A stretch of 63,860 nt of DNA, filler included, from Octopus bimaculoides (GCF_001194135.2; 9 parts of 7 records of this genome joined end to end with filler, not necessarily neighbours in it), one strand, 5' to 3'; numbered from the whole stretch's first letter, positions 12,381 to 26,052 are shown. A program made the numbers and translations. Notes: generated by a model not told the origin, from the sequence alone.

Positions 12381-14948
12381 TTTTCCTTTTTTTTATCCAT
12401 ATTTAATGTCTACCTTAAACTTTTAAACTGGAAGCAATATGAACATGGTGAAAGGTCCAAGGGAGATCTAATTCTGATAGACAAGGATTAAATGGATAAT
12501 GTAAAGTGTTGGGTCTAAAAGTGATGCAAGCAATAGGTGATGGGTGACTGAGCATAGATAGAATCAGTTACTTTAAGCAGGGATAGTGTGTTTGAGGGAC
12601 CAAAGAGAGTTGAAAGTAGCTGGAAAGAGCACAGAAGTGCGTGTGTGTATGTGTAGGCAACTGAGTAATGCAGGCAAACCTAGAAACCCAGTGCCACCAA
12701 ATCCCCAACTATCACCATCATCCTCTCTCCACTCTGCCTGAGAACCTTTTGGGTATGGCTTAGCCTGATCAGTCACCAACACATCCACAAAGCCTAACTC
12801 CAACACCAACCCCAGGATGTCACTCTGACAGACAAATATTATGTACAGTGTTAATGGTGGTGGTGTGTAAAAGGATAGATAGTTGTAAAGTGTAGGTTTA
12901 AAAATCAGATAGATGATCAGAAAGTCGGTAGTGGAGCTAGAATGTGTGCCACTTCTGGTAGCCCTTGAGTTTGTTGCCCACCCACTATAGGGGGTTATAC
13001 AGCAGGCCCAAAAGTGTTGCCCTAAAAAACATCACCTAGTGTGGACTACACCCATCACCATACCCTCATGTTAGCGCTGAAAGTATTATACAACAATTTC
13101 TAAAACAAAATGGTGTGCTTAAAGAAAGAAAACGAAAACGCAATTTATTTTAGTTAATCTTACCACATAATTTATTGGTATGAAATGTTTACAGAGAATT
13201 TCATTTTTTTCTTTTTAGACAAAATATCCTACAAAATGTAAAAAGATATCCTTTTCAAAGTAAACATTTGGTAGTAAAGGAATTAAAACGAGAGAGAGAG
13301 AGAGAGAGAGAGTGTGTGTGTGTGTGAAGTGCAAAACTGGTATGTAGCTGGAGCCAGAAACATAGCACAGTACAAATATCTCATACATCAATTGGAAACT
13401 AAAATTATATAGCAAGCTCAAGGCTTAAGCTAATATGTAAAGCTTCCAAATTACAGTTACAGCTCGGTGGGAAATCCATAGTGGACTATGAGAGGAAGGA
13501 AAAAGATGGCAAAGAAACTGGAAGAAAAAAATTGAATTCCTGAAAGCAGTAGTAAACCAGCAAGTTAATGAAAAGACATGGATGACAAGGCAAAAAAAAA
13601 AAAAAAAGGTAAAAAATAAAGAGAGAGATCATTAGATGAAAATATTTCAGAAATCATCTCTAGTTTTTCAAACTTGCTGAGTTACTTTTATTGACAACAG
13701 TAAGTTGCCATTTTATCAAATATTACAGAGAGGGAAACCCTGTAATATATCAATAGAGAGCATTTTGCAATGAGGAACAATGGATTTTGGACTTTATTTT
13801 TTAAAACATGAAAAATTAAGAAAGATTCCCGACCTATTATCTAATGCCTAACTGGGAACAAAAAAAAAAAATTTCTTTCTTTATATTAATAAAATATTTC
13901 TGTACAAACCTTGAAAAAATGTTATTTCGTGACTGGGGAACGGAAATAAATACAGACTTTGTGAAATTCATGTGAAGATGAAATTGGGAATTTCTTTAGA
14001 CTCTGGAGAGGTTCGAGGGTAGGGTAGGAGTAGAGACGTCCTGTGGTGAGACGGAATCACTAATAAAACAGTTAACCAAAATGTAGATTCCACATTAGGT
14101 AAACAACTGCATGGATTTAATCCCATATGATATAACAAGATTGGAATTAAGGTCACTGAAATTAACACAGTAAGTAATGTTGATGATAGAAATCCCTAAA
14201 TAGATATTTAAGGATTATCATATTATCATTATTTGACAGGGAAATAAATCCTTTGACTGTCTTGAACATCAGTTAAGGCATTCAAGGGTTGAAAGACAGC
14301 ACCATGTTTATAGAATACATAACCAATCACAACATAACATCGTACAAGATTACAAGTTAATGAAATGATAAAAGAAATCTTTCAGTGCTTTTATTTATTT
14401 ATTATTTTTTGTTGTTTTATATTAAAAACTATTCTTTTAAGGGAAAAACTTCCGAAAAATGACATAAAATTACAACGATCATTTGTGTCCATTTTAAGAG
14501 TTGTGTCCCTTGCACAATTTTAGCATTTTGTTTTCTTCAAGCTGAGAGTTACTCCCCTTATTTACAAAGAAAAACTTACCAATTTCATTCGGTTGCTTCC
14601 CCGTAATGTCTTGTAGCAAACCAACAAAACAAACAGAAGAAAAAAAAATAAACATTAATAAATAACATAAGGCTAGTCAGGGTAGTTTTAGATAACAAAA
14701 CAATATGTATTGCTGTTTTGACAGCACAGCAGTATAAATTCATAAAAAGAATTCACTCCCAATATTTTGATTAGCAGGACTAGAAATTCTGTATGGCAAC
14801 AGTTGGATTTCTTGTTATTTACCGAGAAGCACCAAACGCAGTGCAATAAAGTACAAGGGGGAAAAAAAAAATTAATAAAATGAAAATCTGGTTTTATCAA
14901 GCCAAATTTTAAACAAATCTTTTCTCTGTCTATTCTTCTACTTGAACC

Positions 14949-15187
14949 TCAGCTAAGGTTCTGATCTTCTTTGTTGGTGTTCTCATCAGGAACATCCATT
15001 TCTTCAGGGTTTTCCTCTTCAGTGATATTGGTAATATTTGCAAGACTTTCGTCATCGCTCTTCTTCTCTGCATTCTTATCATTTTCAGAAGTTTTCTCTT
15101 CATCCTTCCTGCTACTACTGCCCACGGACATATCGGATTCTTCATGGCTTTCATCACTCTCTGGCCCTGAACTCGTACTTTGTTTTT
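14949..15187 (-). CDS. LNPK: Lunapark probable terminal coding exon (acidic tail)
   Basis: Acceptor ttttgcttccag at 15188-15189, in phase with the previous exon. Reads (E)KQSTSSGPESDESHEESD...ENTNKEDQNLS* with TGA at 14949-14951. Lunapark proteins end in an acidic low-complexity tail. Confidence 0.8.
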
Positions 15188-16356
15188 CTGGAAGCAAAAG
15201 TAATCCTTTTCAAGTAATATAACCACATAAAATAAATTTTTTTTTAATTTTAAAAATCACATTACCTGAATTTCCTTGACTCTTTAGCATTTAAACTGGC
15301 TATATCTGGCCAAGATATTCTACCTGTTTCATCTTCAAACTGGCCAGATCTGGCCCCTTACACCAATATTATTCCAAAAATTTACAGTTACCTCATCAAA
15401 ATTTCAAAGTACAAAATAATGCATGGTTCATTCAAAACAATGTGAATAATTAAGCATTTACTTTTGACTGAATAGTGTAAATGCTAAAGGGTTTATGACT
15501 TATTCAGTAATAGACAATTTAAAAAAAAAATTTTAATTACTATTTTGCATTTCTTTCTCTTGTCCCTATTCTCTTGGTTAGAAGGTTCAAGAAATACAGT
15601 AACTTAAAAGAATTGTCAGGGATATATTTCTATCACTAAACATTTAACTAGGGGTGTAAACGTGACTGCTTGCATCAAAAAGTTTGCTTGCCAGCAAATC
15701 TGATCAAGTGATCCCAGTGCATAGCACCTTGGGTAAATGTCTTTCTACCAAAACTATGAGGCAGGTAATATACCTGGTGAATGAAATTTGCTAAGGGACA
15801 CCTGCATGGATCCCATTACAAGTGTGTGTATGGTGACGAATGGCTGAATGAAAATATGTTGAGGCATTTAATTTCATATGCATACTGAAGTAGAATTTGT
15901 CTGCTAGGGTCACTACAATCAACTAAAACTCTTAAAGGTATGACTGGTGTACAATGATGAAACTACTAAAATAATTTGGACGGAATATTTCTTTTTTTCA
16001 ATCATGAAAATTAGTGCAAATAGAATAAACGAGTATTAGTGAATAAATGAATAACTACTCACATTTAACTAGATTCTTACCATTGGTTCAAGATGAAAAT
16101 GTCAGTTACTATCATTATTATTATTATTATTATTATTATTTAGAAAGCAGCAAACTGGCAGAATTATTAGCACACCAGGCAAAACGCTTAGTGGCAATTT
16201 GTCTGTCTTTACATTCTGAGTTCAAATTCTGCCGAGGTCGACTTCGCCTTTCAGGGTTGATAAATTAAGTACCAGTGCAATACTGGGATCAATGTAATCA
16301 ACTATACCCCTCCCCCAAATTTCAGGCCTTGTGCCTATAGTAGAAAGGATTATTAT

Positions 16357-16510
16357 TATTATTGAGTGAGAGAGCAGTGCATGCCATCAAAGTGACACTG
16401 GGGTAAAATATACGAAGCCCATTATACCCATCATGACTACCCGTCTGATAAGGGTACACCAGGCACACGCATCACAACCATATGTGCGCGACATGGTGAT
16501 CTCATATCAA
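16357..16510 (-). mobile_element. (AAT)n-tailed retroposon family E, 3' part
   Basis: Close match to a longer copy at about 40255-40630 (catgccatcaaagtgacactgggg...gataagggtacaccaggcac), with an (AAT)n tail on the minus strand. Confidence 0.8.
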
Positions 16511-16669
16511 GTGAACTGACAGATCCAGTGCACAGCAGCATTTCATCCATCTAACATGTATATATGCAGAAACACACACATGTTTGTTATATTATAGATT
16601 ATTTTGACTTCTTAACAATATACACACATCAAGTACATCTAAGAGGTAGAGTCACTCTCAATCACAAAA

Positions 16670-17615
16670 TCATCATCGTCGTCGTTTAACGTCCGCTTTC
16701 CATGCTAGCATGGGTTGGGCGATTTGACTGAGGACTGGCAAACCAGATGGCTGCACCAGGCTCCAATCTGATCTGGCAGAGTTTCTACAGCTGGATGTCT
16801 TTCCTAACGCCAACCACTCCGAGAGTGTAGTGGGTGCTTTTTATATGTCACCGGCACGATGGCTAGTCAGGTGGTACTGGCAATGGCCACGCTCAAAATG
16901 GTGTTTTTTACGTGCCACCTGCACGGGAACCAGTCCAGCAGCACCGGCAACGACCTCGCTCGAATGTTTTTTTCACGTGCCACCAGCACAAGTGCTAGTA
17001 AGGCGACGCTGGTAACGATCCTGCTCAAATGGTGNNNNNNNNNNNNNNNNNNNNNNNNNNNNNNNNNNNNNNNNNNNNNNNNNNNNNNNNNNNNNNNNNN
17101 NNNNNNNNNNNNNNNNNNNNNNNNNNNNNNNNNNNNNNNNNNNNNNNNNNNNNNNNNNNNNNNNNNNNNNNNNNNNNNNNNNNNNNNNNNNNNNNNNNNN
17201 NNNNNNNNNNNNNNNNNNNNNNNNNNNNNNNNNNNNNNNNNNNNNNNNNNNNNNNNNNNNNNNNNNNNNNNNNNNNNNACAGGTGTCAGTCATCGAATTT
17301 GGTTCAATTACGATTTCAATTTCACTTGCCCCAACAGGTCTTCGCAAGCAGAGTTTAGTGTCCAATGAAGGAGAGGTTGGCATGGGTGCCAGTCATCAAA
17401 TTTGGTTCGATTTCGATTTCACTTGCCTCAACAGGTCTTTGCAAGCAAAGTTTAGTGTCCAATGAAGTAAAGGTATGAATAAGTGGGCTGGCTACACCCC
17501 TGGCAGAGGCCACGGATTATGGTCTCACTTGGCTTGCCGGGTCTTCTCACACACTGCATATTTCCAAAGGTCTCGGTCACTAGTCATTGCCTCAGTGAGG
17601 CCTAATGTTTAAAAT
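16670..17615 (-). mobile_element. RTE LINE 3' end: ORF C-terminus, internally repeated 3' UTR and (GAT)n tail
   Basis: The minus strand at about 17520-17610 reads LGLTEAMTSDRDLWKYAVCEKTRQAK*. It is followed by about 100-bp tandem units and a ...gcggacgttaaacgacgacgatgatg tail. Tail-only copies at about 5940-6090, 6830-6960, 20050-20260, 48480-48620, 50757-50992 and 51739-52010. Confidence 0.85.
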
Positions 17616-18442
17616 GTTAGCTAAAAACAAGTTCTATTATTATTAAAAGTAGTTGACTTCAATTATTTTACTTAAGCAACATATATATAATACTCTTGTG
17701 ATACAATAAAATGTACTCGTTTAAGTGTAAAGTTATTGATATTAGGGAATGTGGGGAGCATCCAGCTATGAAACTCATACTGAAGAAGGAACAAATAAAT
17801 GAAGGGAGGATAGCGTGGGCTCTTCACCCTGCCACAGACAGGCTCTTGTACCACCAGCACTAGAGAGATTATCTATGGCAGAAATAAAATCTATCCAATC
17901 TATGCTGTAAAGTGGTTAGAGATAGGAAGGGCATCCAGCTGTAAAAATCATAACAAAACAAGGAACAAAGAAATGGTGGAAGGGTAGGGAGGATTCTTTT
18001 TTAGCTCCACCATAAACAAGCTCTCTTGTGTCGACAACTTGTATGAGAACATTGTTATTTATTATAATTTATTTTAAAGCTAATGCATTTACATTAAGGG
18101 AAGAGAAGCAATTATACAAACAGATACTCACAAACTGTGGGGCCTAAAAGAAACAATATACACACATCTAATATACCTAAAAGGCTGAATCACTCTCAAT
18201 TATCTAACCTTAGCTGAAAACAAGTAACATGTGGAGGTATACTCATACAGAAGTACTGTAAAACTGACAAACATTTTGTGAGCTTACAGCACCAAGCTAT
18301 AGACTATATGGATCTAGGCCATAATTGCAGTGCTCAGACCAAAACCCTATTCCCATCAAACTTATCCTCACTACACTTAACTGAATTCAATATAAATAAA
18401 GACACCTTGGGCTACAAGATATCACAATTCTAATATATATAT

Positions 18443-18670
18443 TTAACTCTTTAGCATTTAAACCGGCCTTATCTGACCGAAATATTCTTCCTGTTTTATG
18501 CTCAAACTGGTTAGATCCAGCATCTCACACTTACCCTACAATGTTAGTCTAAAAATACACAGTCACATAATCACACTTTCAAAGCTATAAGATAATGTAG
18601 GATAAATTCTAAACAATGTGAATAAATAAGTGTTACATTTGATAGAATAACTTGATTGCTAAAGACTTAA
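18443..18670. mobile_element. TTAA-flanked MITE (piggyBac-like ends)
   Basis: TTAA-ctctttagcatt...ttgctaaagac-TTAA. Related copies at 37160-37383 (TTAA-cccttttagtatt...aatgctaaagtg-TTAA), about 15277-15494 and partial units at 36750-37160. Confidence 0.7.
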
Positions 18671-19629
18671 TAGCAAATCAACAAGGAGACTCTTTGAGTG
18701 AAACTGCTTGACTTGCTAAAACTAGCAGCCAATTCTCCCTGTCATCTTTAAAAAAAAAAAGAAAATTGAATTATGTAGTTTGAGATAAAAAAAAAAAAAA
18801 TATGGATAGTCACGTCTGAAATACTTATTATCATATGTCTGCTCAGCAAGAGTTGACATAGGGCTGAACTACAATTAATTCCTACCGACACAGTGAAATA
18901 ACAAGAATGTAGAAACTAACATTAATCAAATACAATGCTCACAAAAGTCGTCCCCAATAAACCTGTTATTGCAATCTTTAAAAATTCCCCAAATACCCCA
19001 TTTCTTGATATAATCTACAGGCAGAATGTCATGGTAATAATCATCATTATCATTTTAATGTCCATGTTTCCATGCTTGCATGGGTCAGTTGGAATACACT
19101 GAGGCTTATTTTCTACAGCCTGATGCCCTTCTTGTCCTCTCTTGTTTCCAAGCAAGGTAATATTTCCCTGTGGTTGGACATGTTTTCATAGAAGATTGTA
19201 AAAGAACAACACATATATGGCGGTGACATTCATTTATAACTATCATGCAATGTCAAGACCAAGTGATACAAACACACATATATATACATTCATACACGAT
19301 ACAATAAATTATGACAAGCATTTTCTTACCCAACTTATATTACAACTATTTACCACACCCAAATCATATTTGACAAATTTATCAGGTAAAAAAAACTTTG
19401 GTAATTGAACTGGACATTGATACAACTTTTAATTATTGTACATTCTCTTCAAGATCAAGCTTTCAGCATCCACAATATTCTAAGAAGTATCTCTCTGGAT
19501 TTCAAATTTTTCCTGTACAACAACTTTACATAATAAATGTAGATAACGACTTTTAGTCTTCAAGAGTTAATTGAAGATGAAAGGAAAAATAAAAGCTTTG
19601 AATATAATAGAAAAGAAAACAATATTTAC

Positions 19630-19773
19630 CATATGTTAAACTCAATTTTGATTCTGGTGCTTGAAGAGCTGTGTTAGACGGCGATGGCTGAGGTGATACA
19701 AGATCAAGTTTTGGTGCCTGAGGCCGTTGCTTTTTGGCTGGATTTAAATAGTAACAGTAGCAGCACCGAAAGC
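19630..19773 (-). CDS. LNPK: Lunapark exon: second half of the zinc finger and LNPARK-type motif
   Basis: Acceptor ttttatag and donor TATG|gtaaat, 144 nt, phase 1 to phase 1. Reads (S)FRCCYCYYLNPAKKQRPQAPKLDLVSPQP..., compared with human AFRCAYCFFLNPARKTRPQAPRL. Confidence 0.97.
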
Positions 19774-20891
19774 CTATAAAATAAAATATAAAACACCATG
19801 AAAAAAACTGAAGCATTTTTAGAAGAAACTCAGAATGAGTCATGTAGTGAGACAATTAGCTTAGCTCTAAACCTTTAACAGAAACTTTTTTCAAATAAAC
19901 GTTAATTTGTAAGCAATCGCTTCATTGGGTACTTTCGTCTCAAAACGAAATAATAGACTAATCAGTTATATGCTGCATTTTTAAGAGTGCAAGTGATGTA
20001 ACAAGGTGTTTCGACACATAATTTATGAGTGTTTTGAATCCAGCTGAATCATCACTATCATCATCCTAACATCTGTTTTCCATGCTGGACATGGGTTGGA
20101 TGGTTTGACCAGAGCTGGCAGCCAGAGAGCAGGTTTCAGTCTGATTTGGCTTGATTTCTATGGCTGGATGCCCTTCCTGACACCAACCACTTTACAGTGT
20201 GTGATGGGTGCTCTTAATATGGTACCAGCATGAGTGCGTTTATGTGGAACCAGCACAGAACTCTTGCAGGCTAATCCTAAACTGTAACTAGCGGTAAAGA
20301 TTTTGTCCTCCATAATCAAAGATGAATAGGTGATAAAATTAAATCCATACAATAAATATGCAATTTTACAAGATTCATCATGTATCCATTGTCTAGAACT
20401 GAACTGAAAATTTTTATATTGTTTTAATTCATTATGCTACAGTTTACAATCCAAAATACAGTGAAGGCAGAAATATAAAGATGAGATTATTAGACTGAAA
20501 ACATGTTTATTAGTCAGAGAATAACTCATCTGAAGTATAAAATAAAATAAATAAACTGACTTGAAAATTTGTTTACGCACTTGACGTGAATTATTGTTAA
20601 TCACAAAAAAGTTGATGCTTTAGGTGTTACGGAAAAATATATATTAGTATTATCTGATTCAAAGTCAGAATAATACAAATAAAAAGGTAGAAATTTTGTT
20701 CAGCCAGAAATAAAAGAGAATTCCTAGGATAACGATTTTAATAATGAAAAAAAAAAAAAAAATCAATCAATCATATATGTGAAGAGTGATTGAGGGAGCA
20801 GAGTAATCTACCTTGCTAAAAGGAATAATCCAATGAGGCGAGGTTGATGAAATAGTTGTGGCAAACTGAATAAGCTATGAACTAAACTTAC

Positions 20892-21059
20892 TTATAAATT
20901 CAAATTCTTCTCTTATTGCCATTCCGTTATGGGAATGGCAGTAGCGGCATATCAGAGCATATCTGTTTTGGGGCCCTTCTCCGACTACATAGTCAACAAG
21001 TTTGTCAAAAGTTGTCCTGTCTCTTGGAGGTACAGGTCTTGGCATTGGAGGGCCTGGAC
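20892..21059 (-). CDS. LNPK: Lunapark exon: amphipathic helix and first half of the C4 zinc finger
   Basis: Acceptor ttgttatag and donor ATAA|gtaagt, 168 nt. Reads PGPPMPRPVPPRDRTTFDKLVDYVVGEGPQNRYALICRYCHSHNGMAIREEFEFI, matching the lunapark pattern PGPP..RP..PR.R...D..V.Y.VG.GPQNRYALIC..C.SHNGMA..EEFE.I. Absent from the ORF track. Confidence 0.97.
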
Positions 21060-22399
21060 CTATAACAAATAAATAAATAAAACATTTCTTTCATTCATAG
21101 ATAGGTAGGTAGGTAGGTAGGTAGGTAGGTAGGTAGGTAGATAGACAGACAGATAGACTGACAGATAGATAGACTGATAGATAGAAAGACTGATAGACAG
21201 ACAAACAAATATTAGCCATGAGATTTCATTTGAAACCTCTGCTGCAACAAGATATTGTTGTATTTTGGTAGGGATCCTATCAATGAATTCATTCATTGTT
21301 AATTACTTAGTCACTTCTTTATATAATTAGTTACATTTATCATTGATGTCTATAGTTACACTCTTGTGACCTATTCATTGATTTCTTTTTTGTCACTGAT
21401 CTTTACTGTTTACCTTTATTAATTAGCAAATTAATAGCAGAATCCTACCAGAATACACTACAAGATTTCAAAATACAAAACATACTATATGAAATCTTAT
21501 GAAAATCACACTAAAATTTTGCTTAGACATCAACAAATAAATTTAATTAAAGACCAGGAATTGATAGAGTCATTAAAGCAGCAGACAGAATGCCTTGTAA
21601 TTGCTCTCAGTGTCAATGCTGCTCTTTTCATCCTGTCATCATATTTTTAGGGTTGATAAAGTATGAATCAAATATAGTACGGCAGAGTCCTCTCAGTCTC
21701 TGTCTCTCTCTCTCACACACACACAAAGAGAACTGCTCATCATGCTGTGCTGTGAAAACAGCACCCACAGTGTCCTTTTCTTCAGAAATGGTAAAGGGTT
21801 GAGTGGGAGCCTATTTCATAGAAAAACTGATATGCTACAGAACGGTGAAAAGATGAACTGATGAGCAGTGCACAGTAGGAGATACAAGAGGTAATCACAA
21901 AACAAAAAACTAAAACATTCTAATTATTGTTTAAACCAAATACACAAAGAAGTAAAGTTCAATTTCAAATTATATAAAATTTGCTAATTATTTCTTTTTT
22001 CAAAGATTTAAAAAATGTTTTTATGGTATTTATGAAGTTCTTCAAATCTCAATTCAATGTTGGTGACATAGAAAGAAAAAAAAATTAAAATAGGGTGGCA
22101 AGATGTGAGAAACATTAGATATTTTATAGGAATTGTGATAGTTTAAATCAGTGGTGAAAATTAGATGAAAATATGTAAAAGTATTGTGAGCTGGTGGTTG
22201 TTATAATAAGCAGAGATAAGTCAAGGAGGACATAAAATGAAAAAGATATGAATTAAGAACATGGATTTATAAAGAATTTAGCAAAAGATAAAGATAACTG
22301 GAAAAGCAACACTGTAGATTTGCAAAACAATCCATATTACTGATGTCAAATTAGGAAATTATTATTAACAACCAACAAATGGTAAACTTATGTACTGAC

Positions 22400-22573
22400 C
22401 ATAACCAGAGTGCAACATTGGCCTTTGGCTACCATTTATCTGAAAATTGCCTGGTATAGAAGCTGGAGTATGAGGTAATCTTTGAGGAGAATGAACAGCT
22501 GACATTGGGTGCACTTGGGATGGCATTCTCATTACTGGTGTAACTTGGGTGGTTACAATCCGATGACGCACAC
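22400..22573 (-). CDS. LNPK: Lunapark internal exon (Pro-rich linker)
   Basis: Acceptor atatttag at 22574-22575 and donor TATG|gtcagt. 174 nt, phase 1 to phase 1, reading (G)VRHRIVTTQVTPVMRMPSQVHP...RPMLHSGY(G). Joins in frame to the next exon to give YG-PGPP. Low-complexity, so support is mainly from phase and position. Confidence 0.8.
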
Positions 22574-24683
22574 CTAAATATATATACATATAAACAAAAA
22601 AAATAACTCAACAAAATAGCAAGATGAAATGTTTATTTAAAAAGTGATAGCTGTCTCAAGATGAATAAAAATTAAGAAAGCAGTTTTTGAGTGCTGTAAC
22701 GAAGTACATACATTAGTGAAAAAAAATCAAAGACAGAATGAGCTTAGTGAGTAAGACTGGGAGACGGTGTGTGTGTGTATTCCTCAGAGAAGCATAATTC
22801 AGTAATATATAGTTGGTAAGGTCAATGTGTAGCTATTTTCCACCTGTGTGCCACCCTCCTGTTTAGTTCACTGCTGTTACATCCAAATCACATGATTCCA
22901 GGTTCATTCCCACTAGGCAAGTGTTTCCTACTATAGCCCTGGGCTGATCAAAACTTTGTCAGTGGATTTGGTAAACAGAAACCGAAAGAAACCCATTGTG
23001 TGTGCGTCTTTGTGTTGTATTTGTCTCCCAACACCACTTGACAACCAATATTGGTTTGTTTACATCCGCATAACTAAGCAGTTTGGTAAAAGAGATGAAT
23101 CGTATCAATACCAGACTTAAAAAAAGGCGCTGAGGGTCAATCTATTCAACTAAACTCTTCAAGGCAGTGCTCCAGCATTCTTTCTCACTGATTCCGCAGA
23201 TTCCCATGACTCTTTGTTGCCACCCAATTCCATTATTATGGATTTGAATTGGGAACTTCAGTCATAATGAATCTTTCATTAGCTGATTACACAACCATGG
23301 ACACAGCCCTATGGATGCACTGCGGTTACTCTCCTGATAGAGCTTGGTGATCCTGACCATTGATCTTCTAGGATTCCACTGCTCAGCATAAATGTAAGAA
23401 GCACCATTGGTGCAGTTGAGCTCTTCCGCTACTTCTTCACAATCCACCATACTGCAGCCCCATGACTTCATCATATCCCTAACAGAGTGGCTGAATGGGT
23501 GCTATGCTTTGCCAAAGGCCAGCCTGTAACTATGCAGGGCACAGTTGTCACTCCGTGAGGTATTTTCAAAATACCTGCATTAGTAAAAGACAACAGGTTA
23601 ACATTGCTTTCCATGTTCCTAAACTCAGTACATAAAAATGGATACTATATTAGAAAGGTGGTTGACGTAAGAGTATACAAATCTCATTGAAAAACACAAT
23701 TCATAGCCTGTTAATTCGCTTCATATCTCCTAAAGTTAATATTCAACTCAAAGGTTAACATAAAAGATAACTAATTTATCTGGTCTAAATTACTCATTAT
23801 CATGTATAATGGTCACTTATCAGCAGCTAAGTTTACTACAAGGAATATTCTATTTCTGAGAATTTAACCTCTTTACTGATTTCAAGGAATTTGACAAGTC
23901 ACCAAACAAGTTACATCTATGTGAAACATCTTGAGGAACTTCAGAAGCGATTCTCTTTAGGTATTTATTCAAGTTATTTATAGCAACCCAACAAGGGAAT
24001 GTCAACATGATCACTCTAAATGGTCAAGCAACACTCTGCAGTAATGATGTGGCAAGAAATAACAACCAAAACCTTCTCAAATCACACCCTTCTGTGTCTT
24101 AAAAATAGAAGACATGGTGAATAATGAAGTCCTTGTTATACAAAAAGGTGGATTATTCATTAAACATACCTATTAAATATAGTTTTGGTAGGATCTGTGA
24201 CATATACACATGCACACGCATGCACACACACACACACAATGATAGTCTCTTGTTGTCTGAGATAGACTTCTGCAATTTTTTGCAGAACAACCTGCAGAAT
24301 TGATTTCTTTATAGTGATCAAATGTTTGGGCTGTACATTAGCCCCCTCTCTCCATCAAATTAACATTGCCTGAACAGGTGCATGGTGTAAAATATGTGAG
24401 GTGTCAAAGTGACCGCACAATGCACCACCTGGTCCAGGAATTGAAATCACAATCTTGTGATCTTCAGTGCAACACCCTAACCACTGGGCCATCTGCCCCC
24501 ACCACATATGATGTATATATATTTATACACACACACACAACGAGCTTCTTTCAGTTTCCATCTACCAAATCCATTCACAAGGCTTTGGTCGGCCCGAGGC
24601 TATAGTAGAAGACACTTGCCTAAGGTGCGATGCAGTGGGNNNNNNNNNNNNNNNNNNNNNNNNNNNNNNNNNNNNNNNNNNNN

Positions 24684-24695
24684 TTAATTAATTAA
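24684..24695. other. Assembly join marker TTAATTAATTAA inside a fixed-size N gap (artefact)
   Basis: The identical 12-mer sits centrally in about 100-nt N gaps at 24684, 32664, 39788, 42056, 46654, 53355, 56176 and 59672, and gives stops in all six frames. Confidence 0.97.
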
Positions 24696-25613
24696 NNNNN
24701 NNNNNNNNNNNNNNNNNNNNNNNNNNNNNNNNNNNNNNNCACACACCCACGCCTGCGCCTATATTGAAGATTTTTTTCTCGTTTCCATTCTAAAGTTGAA
24801 GTGTATAAACTTTTCTGAACGATTGCCAAATCAATACCAATATGCAAATATTCATCTGCGTATGAACAAATAAATACAATTTTAGAACAAGGAAGAAACA
24901 TTAGATAATGTAGTCTTAGATGCACTGTTTCTGACCATAAAAAGACAGCATTGCCATAGTTTGCATATCCTTTGCTTTTGGTTAGATAAAGCTTTTTTTT
25001 TTTTTTTTTTTTTTTGTAGTGGATTGAATCAAACCTCGGGATGTTAGTAATAGATAAGGACCGTGTGAACACATCTCTTAAATGTTAAGTGTTCAACTTA
25101 ATTGCTAATCCTGTCTAATTCATTAACTTTTCACACGCTCCTATTTATTGATGGATACCACGCTGGAGAGAATGCTTTATGATTCTGAATTACGTCTCTT
25201 TACACTTTGAGTTCAAATCCCGTTAGGATCTGCTTTGCAATTCATCCTTGTAGATGTTAATAAAATAAATGCCAATGAAGTCGTTGTAACTGATTATACC
25301 ACTACCCCTTTTCTCTAAAATGTGTTGTCTGCGCTTGGAGATCGGTAGATTAGTAGAAAGACTAACGTGTCGGAAAAAATGCCTCAGGATATTTCTTCAT
25401 GTTCTGAGCTTCAATCTCGCCGACGTCGATAACATTGAGTACCAGTCAAGTACTGAGGTAGATCTAATCGACCTGTCCCCGCCATCTCTCAGAACGGCTG
25501 GGTTTGTGCCTACATTAGAAACAATTATCATTGGTACTTGCTAGACTCGTTGGAGCATCGGATTAAGTGTAGCAAGGGCTTTAGTTATGGTTCTTTACGT
25601 TCTGTGTTCAAAG

Positions 25614-25778
25614 ATATAGCTTTGTTATGGAGCAAAGTAGGTCTTGTATACGTGAAAGATATAATATACCACCTGGTTTAAAACCAGTCTGCTCCACTTC
25701 TTCAGTGATTTTCGAGGAATACATTTCGGTTAAGCATTTGGTCGAATCTTCTAACCCTTTCTCTGCAAGCATTAAAAT
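25614..25778 (+). CDS. Possible upstream exon of the DUF885-like gene
   Basis: Open frame YSFVMEQSRSCIRERYNIPPGLKPVC...SASIK ending in AAAAT|gtaaat, phase 2, compatible with the 25920 exon. The acceptor is ambiguous (25613 or 25619) and no family motif was recognised. Confidence 0.3.
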
Positions 25779-25919
25779 GTAAATGTTCCGGCTGGACAAT
25801 GTCCACATCATGGAGGCTCTACACATGACATAGTTATTGTCCTTTTTCTCCGAACAAATTTGCGCATTTTTAAATATACATACTCTAATTCCACATGTTC
25901 ATTCTTATATTCTCAATAG

Positions 25920-26052
25920 TTACGGTGCTCTAACTCCACTCAACTTCCTTGACAAAACCATTCTTACACAATCCTGGGTCTACAGAACTGAGTACATTGA
26001 TGAAAAAGATTTCGAAGATTATTTCAAACGGATGGATAGCATTCCACAGAGG
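25920..26052 (+). CDS. Exon of a DUF885-like protein
   Basis: Acceptor ttctcaatag and donor CAGAGG|gtaagt, 133 nt (phase 2 to phase 0). Reads YGALTPLNFLDKTILTQSWVYRTEYIDEKDFEDYFKRMDSIPQR. Resembles the DUF885 segment P.N.......F.T..DY..Y..R...IP as recalled. Confidence 0.75.

Noticed and set aside
25140-25175. FIDGY-encoding stretch resembling a DUF885 motif upstream of the first confident exon
   Set aside because: It is too short, has no usable splice sites and abuts SINE debris, so it cannot be distinguished from chance.
25663-25760. Minus-strand frame EKGLEDSTKC...TGFKPG, phase-compatible with the lunapark 22573 exon
   Set aside because: The donor (gtggta) is weak and there is no similarity to the expected EKETYK...FDP region.
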